NCBI RefSeq assembly: GCF_001194135.2
Contig: NC_068984.1
Coordinates: 75,768,418 to 75,820,495 of the forward strand
Direction of reading: 5' to 3'
DNA: 52,078 nucleotides
DNA from: Octopus bimaculoides
Taxonomy: Eukaryota
A model generated the notes under the pieces. The model had not been told where the DNA came from. It was given only the letters and a program-made list of their open reading frames with translations, and ran no database searches. Positions 1 through 11,651 of this stretch are shown here, piece after piece. Position 1 is the stretch's first letter. Each line of letters begins with the position of its first letter. The position numbers were made by a program, and so were the translations under genes.

Positions 1-1
1 A

Positions 2-225
2 TATGGTTCTGCGACCATGTCCTCCTTGACACATTTGTATAATGAATGTGGCTTTATTCGCAAGTCAACAGGCGGTCTGACCACGCATGGTAAAATACAT
101 GGTCACAACTCAGCTGGTGATGCCAGGAGATAGACAGTTCAAATGCTGCATGTGGACATGCTTACAGGACGGAAGCCGAACTGAAGTGCCATATTGATGC
201 ACATGGTTGTTCCAAGTTCTGTGAA
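2..225 (+). pseudogene. Decayed tandem C2H2 zinc-finger coding remnant (probably the C-terminal end of a LINE ORF2; alternatively a dead C2H2-ZNF fragment)
   Basis: Frame 2 reads HL(Y)NECGFI(R)KSTGGLTTHGKIH. After a stop and frameshift it reads FKC-ACGHAYRTEAELKCHIDAH. Both fit C-x2-C-x12-H-x3-H with Cys codons mutated. A (TTCA/TTCC)n tract follows at ~240-310, like a LINE tail. Confidence 0.5.
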
Positions 226-658
226 GGGATGGCACACTTCTTCCATCCTTTCTTCATTCATTCCTTCATTCCTTCATTCATTTATTCCTTCCTTCATTCA
301 TTCATTCCTATCCCTTAACCGTGTGGTCGTTGAGGCATTCGTTGATGACGTCGCAATTAGATTTGTTTGTTTGTTTATGTGTGCTGTGTGCGTGCGTGCA
401 ACTTTATATAATTGCACATGTTCTTTAGTTCTTTAGTTTGTTTCCGCCATTACTGTTAACCCCAGTCCAGAATACCATTTTCACCGATTAAAACTATATA
501 TGATATACTATAATTGAAACAAAGAACTTAGATCATAGAAGGAATAGACAATACTAGCATCTTAGAGTGAAGCAGCGATGAGGTTAGTAACACTTTAATT
601 TGAAAGCTACCGCCATGCAATCCCAGAATAACAAATACCCACCAATGAGCAACTGCGT

Positions 659-1040
659 TGTTGGCACTCCGTCGCTTACGACGACGAGGGTTCCAGTTGA
701 TCTGATCAACGGAACAGCCCGCTCGTGAAATTAACGTGCAAGTGTCTGAGCACTCCACAGACACGTGTACCCTTAACGTAGTTCTCGGGGATATTCAGCG
801 TGACACAGTGTGACAAGGCTGACCCTTTGAATTACAGGCATAACAGAAACAGGAAGTAAGAGTGAGAGAAAGTTGTGGTGAAAGAGTACAGCAGGGTTCG
901 CCACATCCCCTGCCGGAGCCTCGTGGAGCTTTAGGTGTTTTCGCTCAATAAACACTCACAACGCCCGGTCTGGGAATCGAAACCGCGATCCTATGACCGT
1001 GAGTCCGCTGCCCTAACCACTGGGCCATTGCGCCTCCACA
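659..1040 (-). mobile_element. tRNA-derived SINE, family A, full length, with target-site duplication
   Basis: Minus strand starts GTGGAGGCGCAATGGCCCAGTGGTTAGG (A-box-like) and GGTTTCGATTCCC (B-box-like), and ends in an (AAC)n-type tail. Flanks AGCAACTGCGT (648-658) and AGCAACCGCGT (1041-1051) form an 11-bp TSD with 1 mismatch. A near-identical copy lies at 2473-2866. Confidence 0.9.
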
Positions 1041-1384
1041 AGCAACCGCGTAAATGACCAAGAAATGCCATCTTTTGACAAATGCAGACAATTCAAAACC
1101 AAAACTGAAGATATTAGTCACCTCAATGCCAGCTGTGAAACAGTGTGATAGAGATACTACCATCCCACAAGAAGTCACTTGGAAGCCTAAGGAATCTGGA
1201 ATAAAATAAATAAAAATAACAACACATTGAGATCGACGGATCAAAAGACTATTAGTGGAATGTAAAAATGTAATGAAAATAAGCAGCAAGCAAAACTTGG
1301 AAAGCGACTGATCATGCTATAAACGTACTCTTTGGAAGAAGTCGTCTGCTGTCTTGGCGTCAATGTCGTTGTTGTTACTATTGT

Positions 1385-1478
1385 TGTTGTTACTGCTATT
1401 GCTGTTGTTCTTTAGCCCCGAGTCAGTCCAAATTGAGTAGAACTATAATCAAAACCATGTTAGGCATACCATCCCTCA

Positions 1479-1558
<80 letters not shown>

Positions 1559-1705
1559 TCTCAGTCTCAATCTCTCCCTCTTCATCCCTTCAAACAACTT
1601 ATATTCCAGAATGCAATTTTAAGGCGATAGGGTGCGATTTGGTGGAGATTTTTACTGTTATTTCTAGCAAACCAAACAAACATCCATTAAGACTTTTCTC
1701 TCGTT
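1385..1705 (-). mobile_element. Short interspersed repeat family F with (AAC)n tail, interrupted by (CT)n
   Basis: The minus-strand 3' end ...CTGACTCGGGGCTAAAGAACAAC resembles copies at ~5105-5185 (+), 31420-31510 (-), 38720-39090 (-) and 44740-44975 (+). (CT)n at 1483-1555. Degenerate. Confidence 0.5.
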
Positions 1706-2143
1706 ACCTCTATGTCAATGTGGTAAAAAGTAACAGCAAAAGGATGACCTGTATTGACCACTGATGTGTACTTATAATATACTATCAGTTTTTGGTATCT
1801 ACTGCATCACGATGTATACCAATCAGCCTGAATGAAAGTATGGCTGAATTCAGTTGGGATATGGGGAAACTAACGTAGCCCTATAATACATGTCCCACAG
1901 ATTATTATCGTATCTGGGACAATAAAGATCTACAAGACTCCTTAAAATTTAAACGATAAATTACAAGCCAAAGGACATCGTAAAGAATATGAAAATCTGT
2001 TATATATTTTTTTGTTACTTCGCAAGTGTCCAGTTAAATTAAACACTAGATATTCAATCATTCACGCAATCACATGTGCATTAACGTATGCACACACATA
2101 GTCACGCACAAACACACATACGCATACACACACAAATATACAA

Positions 2144-2174
<31 letters not shown>

Positions 2175-2403
2175 TGATTAAACATGCACACTTGTGTACT
2201 AAAGTGACATACTCAGCCACTATATAAGTAGCTTTTCGAAACATGCATCTATATACATGTACACATATATTAACCGATATACTTATCCACAAATCACAGG
2301 AACTGTTTTAACTCACAAGAGTCTCGTCACGTTGTTAGTAAATTATGCAAACAAAAAATGTTCAACCCCAGAGAGAAAGCATACATATGTACAAACAAAC
2401 AAA

Positions 2404-2470
2404 CATACATACATACATACATACATACATGCATGCATACATACATACATACATACATACATACATACAT
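2404..2470. repeat. (CATA)n microsatellite; the array continues at 2867-2935 and 3380-3492
   Basis: Directly visible tandem CATA units. Confidence 0.95.
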
Positions 2471-2472
2471 TT

Positions 2473-2866
2473 TGTTGTTGTTGTTGTTGGCACTCCGTCG
2501 CTTACGACGTCGAGGGTTCCAGTTGATCCGATCAACGAAACAGCCTGCTTGTAAAATTAACGTGCAAGTGGCTGAGCACTCCACAGACACGTGTACCCTT
2601 AATGTAATTCTCGAGGATATTCAGTGTGACACAGTGTGACAAGGCTGACCCTTTGAATTACAGGCACAACAGAAACAGGAAGTAAGAGTGAGAGAAAGTT
2701 GTGGTGAAAGAGTACAGCAGGGTTCGCCACCATCCCCTGCCGGAGCCTCGTGGAGCTTTAGGTGTTTTCGCTCAATAAACACTCACAACGCCCGATCTGA
2801 GAATCGAAACCGTGATCCTATGACCGTGAGTCCGGTGCCCTAACCACTGGGCCATTGCGCCTCCAC
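2473..2866 (-). mobile_element. tRNA-derived SINE, family A, full length, inserted within a (CATA)n array
   Basis: Aligns by eye over its whole length with 659-1040, has a (GTT)n tail at 2473-2489, and is flanked by CATA repeats on both sides. Confidence 0.9.
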
Positions 2867-2939
2867 ATACATGCATACATACATACATACATACATACAT
2901 ACATACATACATACATACAAAGAAACATACATACATATT

Positions 2940-3378
2940 GAATGTCGTATCATATCCCTTCGGCAACATCTTTTAACCAGCAAGTGTCGCATACATGAGG
3001 CTGATAACATCATATGACTTGAAAGACAGCTCCCTGAGCAACCTTCTTTGCCTGATAACTTAGAATACATGCCCACAGAAGTCGCACGACTCTACCGCAA
3101 TGTATCATCAGATGAAAGGATGAGCCTATATGAGCAGAAGACTATGCATAGATATGTTAGTAGAAAGCTCTGAGATGATTGTAACATCTATCATCAAAGC
3201 AGTCTATTGTAGACCAATAGCAGGATTACTACCTCCCACTTTGAAGTGCATGCGTTTGCAATCCAGGAACAGAAAATATCAACCAAGTACCTGAAGCGCA
3301 AGAAGGATAGAGATGCAGGAAAAGCAGTAAAATGTGGCAGCCGATGCAGACTTTGTGGAGTTAACACCGAAGATATAC
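2940..3378 (+). mobile_element. Dong/R4-type (RLE-clade) non-LTR retrotransposon fragment, post-RT region up to the CCHC zinc knuckle
   Basis: Translates to ...SHFEVHAFAIQEQKISTKYLKRKKDRDAGKAVKCGSRCRLCGVNTEDI, matching the AxQEQ...KCRLC..ETIxH pattern of R4/Dong ORFs. Contains stops upstream and is truncated by (CATA)n. Confidence 0.75.
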
Positions 3379-3944
3379 GTACATGCATGTATGCATGTAT
3401 GCATGCATATATACATACATGCATACATACATACGTACATACATACATACATACATACATACATACATACATACATACATACATACATACATAATCTGTC
3501 GTCTAAATTTCCGACGGTGGAACACCGTCACTTCGTTAGAGATCAGCTCATTTTCTTATTTGATGAATAAGGAGAGAACATTTGTGAAACATTGCAAAAT
3601 AGAGCCTAAACCAGATGAATATATTTAATTCTGTATCTCTAGTCTTGATCTAAAAACATTTAGAAGTGGTATCGATATCACATTTCTAAGCCTAAATCTT
3701 AGTAGCTATATTAATGATCCCTGAGTTCAATTCCTAACATCTCCAGAAGAGTTGGTGTTTAGTTATGACTATATGATCAACATTTCACTTTGCAGCTCCG
3801 TGAGATTTGGTGCGATCCACAGTACGGAACTTTGGGTAAGCGTCTTCTGTCACAGCATCGGGTTGACCAAAGACTTATGTAGTCCGGTTTAATTACCACA
3901 ACCCAGTCCTTGGTGGTATACTCTGTTGCAAGTACTCGGGACAT

Positions 3945-4229
3945 GTGAAGGCGTGTGACTTAGTGGTTAGGGGATTCGGCTCACGATCGTAAGATCGTGA
4001 GTTCGATTCCGGGCGGTGTGTTGTGTCCTGCAGCAAAACACTTTATTTCACATTGCTCCAGTCCACTCAGCTGGCAAAATTGAGTGTTACCTGTATTTCA
4101 AAGGGACAGCCTTGTCACGCTGAATCTTCCTGGGAACTACCTTAAGGGATTGCGGAATGCTTAACCACTTCTGCACCAATTTCTTGAGCAGGCTGTTCAT
4201 GTTTATCAGATCAACATGAACAGTGTCAA
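3945..4229 (+). mobile_element. tRNA-derived SINE, family E (head/core like family D, 3' body like family A)
   Basis: Head GGCGTGTGACTTAGTGGTTAGGG...GAGTTCGATTCC. Core ACACTTTATTTCACATTGCTCCAG is shared with 6463-6779. Body TGTATTTCAAAGGGACAGCCTTGTCAC...GCAGGCTGTTC...GATCAAC is shared with family A. Possible TSD TACTCGGG (3933-3940 / 4230-4237). Confidence 0.8.
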
Positions 4230-4716
4230 TACTCGGGCCAGGTCTCCGGCTAGAGGATAACATCCTAAATTCGTCCCACCAATCACGAAGACTCCAAAAA
4301 AGGAATATGAGTACTTCTTTTATTTCTCTGAATAGACTACTTATAAACAGTCAGGAAAAACTTACAATGCTTATAGGTACTTCTCCACATCTAACTAATC
4401 AATAATTCATGAGTCAACAAGAGTGATAGCTCAACTTGCCAGAATACAGTAACTAAATCTCCCTTGTGCCATACGCTCTTGCCTTCAAAAGATAAAAGAG
4501 AGAGAAAAAGAGAGAGTTAGAGAGAAAGAGAGACGAGAGAGGGGGGAGGGGGGAGAGGGGGGNNNNNNNNNNNNNNNNNNNNNNNNNNNNNNNNNNNNNN
4601 NNNNNNNNNNNNNNNNNNNNNNNNNNNNNNNNNNNNNNNNNNNNNNNNNNNNNNNNNNNNNNNNNNNNNNNNNNNNNNNNNNNNNNNNNNNNNNNNNNNN
4701 NNNGATTGAGAAAATA

Positions 4717-5005
4717 TACGTGGTCTGATCAGTAAGTATCCGGACTTTTGCCATAGTAACGAATCTAAAGCATGCAGGGTGAAGCCGCTTGGCACAGGTT
4801 GAGATTGAGCTCTGCTGTGCATGCGCACTAACTTTTAACGTTTTAGCTCACTTCTGCTGTTTACAGGAGTGCTTGGGAGGAATGTGTGAAGTGTGTGATC
4901 GCCGTATTAACAATGACAGAGGAAGTTGAGCAGAGAATCTGCATCAAAGTTTGCCAAAAGCTTAGTGATACCTGCTCAAAGGCCTACGCAAACTTATCAA
5001 AAAGT
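4717..5005 (+). mobile_element. mariner transposon 5' fragment (left TIR and transposase N-terminus)
   Basis: TA followed by CGTGGTCTGATCAGTAAGTATCCGGACTTTT (mariner-like TIR). Downstream MTEEVEQRICIKVCQKLSDTCSKAYANL matches the mariner N-terminal EQRxxIKFC motif. Confidence 0.75.
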
Positions 5006-5317
5006 TTTCATCGTTCTCGACACAATCAAGGAGATCTTGTGCAATTGAAATCCGGGTGTAATGAAAGATATATTGTGCCAAAAAACAAAAGACAGTTTTA
5101 TCACCGCTGAAAATGTCTTTGGTCATAGATTTGCTGGACCCGAGCTAACCTGGGATTAAACAGCAACAAGAACACTGTGACAGCAACAACCAGAGCCTCT
5201 CAACGTTAGCCTAGATGTTATTCAGCTTTCATGCAATTCGAACTCTGCATACGCTTTTACTCACTCACACTGTTTCTATATATCCTCATCATCAACTCCT
5301 GAGCGTTATTTTCTCGA

Positions 5318-5524
5318 GTCGCAGGACTCAACAGGTCGGTTACCCAGTTTTCATGGCATTTAAGTAACCAAGTCCATTGCAGAGTTACTTATTTGCCGTT
5401 GGGTGAACTGGAGCAACGTAAAAATGAAGTCTTTTGCTCAAGAACATAACGCAACTACCGGCCCTAGATTTGAAACCATGATCGCAAGATCGTAGGTGCA
5501 ACACCCTAACCATTAAGCCATACG
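5318..5524 (-). mobile_element. Degenerate tRNA-derived SINE (core shared with families D/E)
   Basis: Minus: CGTATGGCTTAATGGTTAGGGTGTTG...GGTTTCAAATC...TTCTTGAGCAAAAGACTTCATTTTTACGTTGCTCCAGTTCAC. Confidence 0.7.
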
Positions 5525-5579
5525 AATTCACTTATACATAGAGTAGTACAAAACTCACTTTCTATTTTGGGTTTGATTG

Positions 5580-5934
5580 CTTCTGATTTGTTTTCAACTT
5601 CTTCATGTGGGGTTATCTTAAAGACAGTGTTTTTCTAAATAATCCGAAATACTCCAAAAACTGAAGAATAGTATTCGACAAGAAATTACAGCATTGGAGC
5701 CACATTCATTACCCGCTGTCATGGAACACTGCTCAGCAAGGGTTCGACTCTACCAAGCTGAAAATGGAAGGAATTTGAGGGTGTTATATTCCACAATTAG
5801 TTCAAAATAATTTCCATGACCCCAAAATAAATATATCTAACGGGGAATTTTTTCTTCACGTTTTAGTTTAAAAATAAAAAGAAAAGAAGTCATTTAAGTC
5901 TTAAAATGAAAAATGACTTTTGCGTAATATTGTA
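5580..5934 (+). mobile_element. Tc1/mariner-superfamily transposase 3' remnant with probable right TIR
   Basis: Frameshifted translation SDL..FFMWGYLKDSVFLNNPK.LQKLKNSIRQEITALEPHSLPAVMEHCSARVRLYQAENGRNL.GVIFHN matches the SPDLNPCDFFLWGYLK...ENGGHL C-terminus. Ends ...GACTTTTGCGTAATATTGTA. Confidence 0.65.
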
Positions 5935-6003
5935 TAAGCATGATAGTGAATTAAATTTGAGAAATACTAAAATCCTTAACAGTTTTCATATCGGCAATGT
6001 GAC

Positions 6004-6012
6004 TAGTAGTAA

Positions 6013-6081
<69 letters not shown>
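6004..6081. repeat. (AGT)n microsatellite
   Basis: Directly visible. Confidence 0.95.
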
Positions 6082-6082
<1 letters not shown>

Positions 6083-6462
6083 TGCAGCAATAGTATAAGT
6101 TATTGTTGTTGATGCTGTATGTGGTGTAGGTGAGTGTGGTGCATACCATATACATACATAANNNNNNNNNNNNNNNNNNNNNNNNNNNNNNNNNNNNNNN
6201 NNNNNNNNNNNNNNNNNNNNNNNNNNNNNNNNNNNNNNNNNNNNNNNNNNNNNNNNNNNNNNNNNNNNNNNNNNNNNNNNNNNNNNNNNNNNNNNNNNNN
6301 NNNNNNNNNNNNNNNNNNNNNNNNNNNNNNNNNNNNNNNNNNNNNNNNNNNNNNNNNNNNNNNNNNNNNNNNNNNNNNNNNNNNNNNNNNNNNNNNNNNN
6401 NNNNNNNNNNNNATATATATGTATGTATGTATATATATATATATACGCACATTATATTTATG

Positions 6463-6779
6463 AAGCTGCAGTGGTTAGAGCGTCGAGCTTACGATCATGA
6501 GGTTGTGAATTCGAATCCCGGAGCGGGCTGCGTGTTGTGTTCTTGTGCAAGACACTTTATTTCACGTTGCTCCAGTTGTAGAAATGAGTTGCGAAGTCAC
6601 AGGTGCCAAGCAGTATCGGCTTTTGCCATTCTCTTGGATAACACTGATGGCGTGGAGAGGGGAGGCCGGTTTCCATGGGCGACTGCTGGTCTTCCATAAA
6701 CAACCTTGCCCGGACTTCTGCCTGGGAGGGTAACTTTCTAGGTGCAATCCCATGGTCAGTCATGACCGAAGGGGGTCTC
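6463..6779 (+). mobile_element. tRNA-derived SINE, family D
   Basis: Head GCAGTGGTTAGAGCGTCGAGCTTACGATCATGAGGTTGTGAATTCGAATCCCGG, then core CAAGACACTTTATTTCACGTTGCTCCAG, then a distinct 3' body ending GACCGAAGGGGGTCTC. Confidence 0.8.
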
Positions 6780-7012
6780 AGCATATATATATACTTGGAA
6801 ATGGACGCGTGGCGTTCGATCATAAAATAATATAAATAATATATAAATATATGCATATAATGATACATATATATGTATATATGTTGCTTGTCTCGTTTCT
6901 CAATTTGTTTCTTTCATTGTTTGAAAAAAAACTTCGTTTTCTATGTTTTTGTTTTTTATGTTCTCGTTTCTCATTTTGTTCACGTTTTTACTTATGTCCT
7001 ATACCCATATAT

Positions 7013-7375
7013 GCATGAGTCGCTGTGTGGTAAGTAGCTTGCCTACCAACCACATGGTTCCGGGTTCATTCCCACTGCGTGGCACCTTGGGCAAGTGTCT
7101 TCTACTATAGCCTCGGGCCGACCGAAGCCTTGTGAGTGCATTTGGTAGACGGAAACTGAAAGAAGCCTGTCGTATATATGTATATGTATATATATGTATG
7201 TGTATGTATGTGTTCGTGTGTCTGTGTTTGTCCCCCCAACATCGCTTGACAACCGATGGTGGTGTGTTTACGTCCCCGTAACTTAGCGGTTCGGCAAAAG
7301 TGATCGCTAGAATAAATACTAGGCATCCAAAGAATAAGACCTGGGGTCGATTTTCTCGACTAAAGGCGGTGCTCC
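7013..7375 (+). mobile_element. tRNA-derived SINE, family C (internal TA/TG microsatellite); 3' end runs into a gap
   Basis: GCTGTGTGGTAAGTAGCTTGC...GGGTTCATTCCCACTGCGTGGCACCTTGGGCAAGTGTCTTCTACTATAGCCTCGGG...GGAAACTGAAAGAAGCC, then a microsatellite, then GTCCCCGTAACTTAGCGGTTCGGCAAAAG. More than 10 related copies occur in the window. Confidence 0.9.
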
Positions 7376-7671
7376 NNNNNNNNNNNNNNNNNNNNNNNNN
7401 NNNNNNNNNNNNNNNNNNNNNNNNNNNNNNNNNNNNNNNNNNNNNNNNNNNNNNNNNNNNNNNNNNNNNNNNNNNNNNNNNNNNNNNNNNNNNNNNNNNN
7501 NNNNNNNNNNNNNNNNNNNNNNNNNNNNNNNNNNNNNNNNNNNNNNNNNNNNNNNNNNNNNNNNNNNNNNNNNNNNNNNNNNNNNNNNNNNNNNNNNNNN
7601 NNNNNNNNNNNNNNNNNNNNNNNNNNNNNNNNNNNNNNNNNNNNNNNNNNNNNNNNNNNNNNNNNNNNNNN

Positions 7672-7734
<63 letters not shown>

Positions 7735-8299
7735 ATATATATATATGTATGTATGTATACATGGAGAGGAGAAAGAAAACTTAAAACTTACATACACATA
7801 TTTAACTTGTTATTTTTACCTTCTCTCGAAGAGAAATTGATTTAAAGAGTTTTCATGTATAGTAATTCCTGTAACTTTTTCATTTGCATCTAAATTCATG
7901 CGACTGGCAACTCCAAATTATTTGTGTTTTCACTATACAAATTAGCCTAGGTCATAAATATTTTCCACCCATTTCATATAAATCCAAGTCTAATATCCAG
8001 CTAGGGTCAAGATAAGAAAACTGCAGCGCTAATGACGCCTATTGAAGCAGAAACACGTGTTTACTCTTTCATTCTTCTCTCTAAAGGAAATCCTTTTCCT
8101 AATATCATTTGAATACTGGACAAATCTTGACTCCTTGAAATTTTCCCCACTTCTCCACTTCTCACTGAAATTCAATATTCATAGGCATTTGTTTACTTTC
8201 TCTCGGAGCAAAGAAACAGACAGTATAGCAACAATTTATCTCGTACGAGTTTTAGTATACTATTATTCGCTTTGCAATCTGAAATCATGCCGCTAGGTA

Positions 8300-8335
<36 letters not shown>

Positions 8336-9007
8336 NNNNNNNNNNNNNNNNNNNNNNNNNNNNNNNNNNNNNNNNNNNNNNNNNNNNNNNNNNNNNNNNN
8401 NNNNNNNNNNNNNNNNNNNNNNNNNNNNNNNNNNNNNNNNNNNNNNNNNNNNNNNNNNNNNNNNNNNNNNNNNNNNNNNNNNNNNNNNNNNNNNNNNNNN
8501 NNNNNNNNNNNNNNNNNNNNNNNNNNNNNNNNNNNNNNNNNNNNNNNNNNNNNNNNNNNNNNNNNNNNNNNNNNNNNNNNNNNNNNNNNNNNNNNNNNNN
8601 NNNNNNNNNNNNNNNNNNNNNNNNNNNNNNNNNNNNNNNNNNNNNNNNNNNNNNNNNNNNNNNNNNNNNNNNNNNNNNNNNNNNNNNNNNNNNNNNNNNN
8701 NNNNNNNNNNNNNNNNNNNNNNNNNNNNNNNNNNNNNNNNNNNNNNNNNNNNNNNNNNNNNNNNNNNNNNNNNNNNNNNNNNNNNNNNNNNNNNNNNNNN
8801 NNNNNNNNNNNNNNNNNNNNNNNNNNNNNNNNNNNNNNNNNNNNNNNNNNNNNNNNNNNNNNNNNNNNNNNNNNNNNNNNNNNNNNNNNNNNNNNNNNNN
8901 NNNNNNNNNNNNNNNNNNNNNNNNNNNNNNNNNNNNNNNNNNNNNNNNNNNNNNNNNNNNNNNNNNNNNNNNNNNNNNNNNNNNNNNNNNNNNNNNNNNN
9001 NNNNNNA

Positions 9008-9218
9008 AACACAGACACACAAATACATACACACATATACATACATATATATATACGACAGGCTTCTTTCAGTTTCCGTCTACCAAATCCACTCACAAGG
9101 CTTTGGTCGGCCCGAGGCTATAGTAGAAGACACTTGCCCAAGGTGCCACGCAGTGGGAATGAACCCGGAACCATGTGGTTGGTAAGCAAGCTACTTACCA
9201 CACAGCCACTCCTGCGCC
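9008..9218 (-). mobile_element. SINE family C, 5' half
   Basis: Reverse complement of the 7013-7190 head; ends at the internal microsatellite/gap. Confidence 0.9.
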
Positions 9219-9479
9219 TATGTATGTATATTTGTTTATAAGTGTGTGTGCGTGTGCGTGCGCGCGCGCGCGTGTGTATGCATGTATGTATGTACGTGGG
9301 TCTTTCTCCCACAGAGCTGGACAACCAGATTTGGTTCTGCTTACATGCCCGTTTCGACAAAACAAATCGATAGAATAAGTACCAGACTTAAAATATAAAG
9401 AGTGGGGCAGGTTAGAACGACTAAACCCTTCAACACATTGCTCCAGCGCAGGCACAATCAAACGAGTCGCATAAGTAAA

Positions 9480-9954
9480 AGAAAAAGTGTGTGCGTGTAT
9501 ATGTGTGTGTGCGTGTGTGTATGTGTGTGTGTGTGTATGTACGTGTGTGTGTATATATATATATATATATACACGCACACGTACGTACGTATATACATAT
9601 ACATGCCTATACATATAACATCATATACATAACTTATACACATATACATGTACACACATACATATAGGTCTATACATATGCGTACCTATATATGAACATC
9701 ATATACATTCTTAAACACACACACTCGCATAAACATACATATTTATGAACTATGTCTGGCTGTCAATGTCTATATATCCCTTTATTCATCAGTATTTTAA
9801 TTTATAGCAAACGTTTCTGTATTTTCTAACACGTCAGTCTGTGTGCATTTTTGCCGTTGAAAGCACACACACACAAACCGTACACTTATACACATATAGA
9901 AATATATATGTATATGGATGTGAGTGTATGTATGTATATGTGTGTGCATACATA

Positions 9955-10006
<52 letters not shown>

Positions 10007-10299
10007 TGCGTGTGAGTGTGTGTGCGTGCGTGTGTGTGTGCAAACATACAAATGTACATATATATTTATTCGCAATCATTTCTACGTACATATATACCTA
10101 ATACATAAATNNNNNNNNNNNNNNNNNNNNNNNNNNNNNNNNNNNNNNNNNNNNNNNNNNNNNNNNNNNNNNNNNNNNNNNNNNNNNNNNNNNNNNNNNN
10201 NNNNNNNNNNNNNNNNNNNNNNNNNNNNNNNNNNNNNNNNNNNNNNNNNNNNNNNNNNNNNNNNNNNNNNNNNNNNNNNNNNNNNNNNNNNNNNNNNNN

Positions 10300-10342
<43 letters not shown>

Positions 10343-10585
10343 GCATACATATATATATGCATACATATATATTACATATATATATGCATACATATATATA
10401 TATATATGTATGTATGTATGTATGTATACGTACGTACATATATTCATATACATGTATATATATACTTATACACATACACACACACACACACACATATATA
10501 TATAAACATATATATATATATACATATATATAAACATATATATGTATATAAAGACATGTGTAGATGTGTGTGTGTGTGTGTGTGG
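9480..10585. repeat. Compound (TG)n/(TA)n/(CA)n/(TACA)n low-complexity block with an assembly gap
   Basis: Directly visible dinucleotide tracts; N gap 10111-10299. Confidence 0.9.
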
Positions 10586-11590
10586 AGGAGGGTCAGGTAG
10601 CTAGATAGGCTGCGCCAGCTCATTAAAAATAAGACTGCATATATTGTTGTAAAAGAATGTTTTCTCGTCGTTTCGACAGTTGGCTGTCAAATAGTAACCG
10701 TTGCAGTCCAAAGATAGGGCGGTTTACGCGCACACACACTCACACACACGTACATAAACGCATACACACACACACTTCTACGCTCGTGTATATGTATGTG
10801 TGTGTATCTATGTATGCGTATCTGTGTGCACATGTATACACATACACATTAGATTTCGTTTTTGTTCTGTTCTCTGTAATTACCTTCTAATTTTAAAAGA
10901 CTTTTTGTTGTATTTTTTTTTTTTTTTTTCATTTCTATTTATTTTTTTACGTACATGTATGTACATAATGGAGAAACATTGACAAAGACTGAATGTATTT
11001 AGGTTAGACGTACTGTGGTTACAAATATGAGCAGACGACAACTGAAGGAAGGCGAACGAACGACAAAAAAGAACAAGCACAACAAAATAAACGAGTGAAA
11101 AATATTCATGAAGAGAGCAATTCTGAACACAATAAAACTAATTACAAATAAGCTTACCTATTTTTGTTCTGTTTCTTGTTTTCGATCTTTCGTCTGTTTT
11201 TATTTCCTTTTTTGTTTCATTCATTTTTTCTTTCATTCCGTTAGCTTTTTTCTTTCACTTTTTATTCTTTTTTTATGTATCATACATTTATTTATTTCTT
11301 CCTTTCCTACATTCTTTGTTTCACTTTTTCTTTCTCTCTTTCAACCTTTCTCAACTATTCTGCGTGTCTTTCATTCTTTCTTTTCTCTTGTCGTTCTTTA
11401 TATCATTCATTCATAAATTCTTCTTTCCTTCTTGTCTTTCACCAACTCTCCTTTTTTCGTTCATTCACTTTCAATTTTTATATAACCCTTGATTCTTTCC
11501 CTTTTTACGAATTCGACCGTTATTTCTTTATTTGAATTTCTATTTATTTATTTGTTTATTTATTTATGTATTGGACACTTTCCACCATCT

Positions 11591-11593
<3 letters not shown>

Positions 11594-11648
<55 letters not shown>
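11594..11648. repeat. (CT)n microsatellite within a ~700-bp pyrimidine-rich low-complexity tract (11160-11830)
   Basis: Directly visible. Confidence 0.9.

Positions 11649-11651
<3 letters not shown>

Noticed and set aside
960-1040. tRNA genes at SINE heads (also ~3945, 6463, 7013, 51461)
   Set aside because: A/B-box-like words are present, but no complete cloverleaf, and each continues into a repeat body.
659-2866. Two very similar SINE A copies 1.8 kb apart as a local segmental duplication
   Set aside because: Flanks are unrelated and copy 1 has its own TSD, so these are independent insertions of a young family.
10672-10691. Inverted GACAG-N4-CTGTC (TALE-type) palindrome in a short unique stretch
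   Set aside because: 5-bp arms are expected by chance in 52 kb and there is no independent support.
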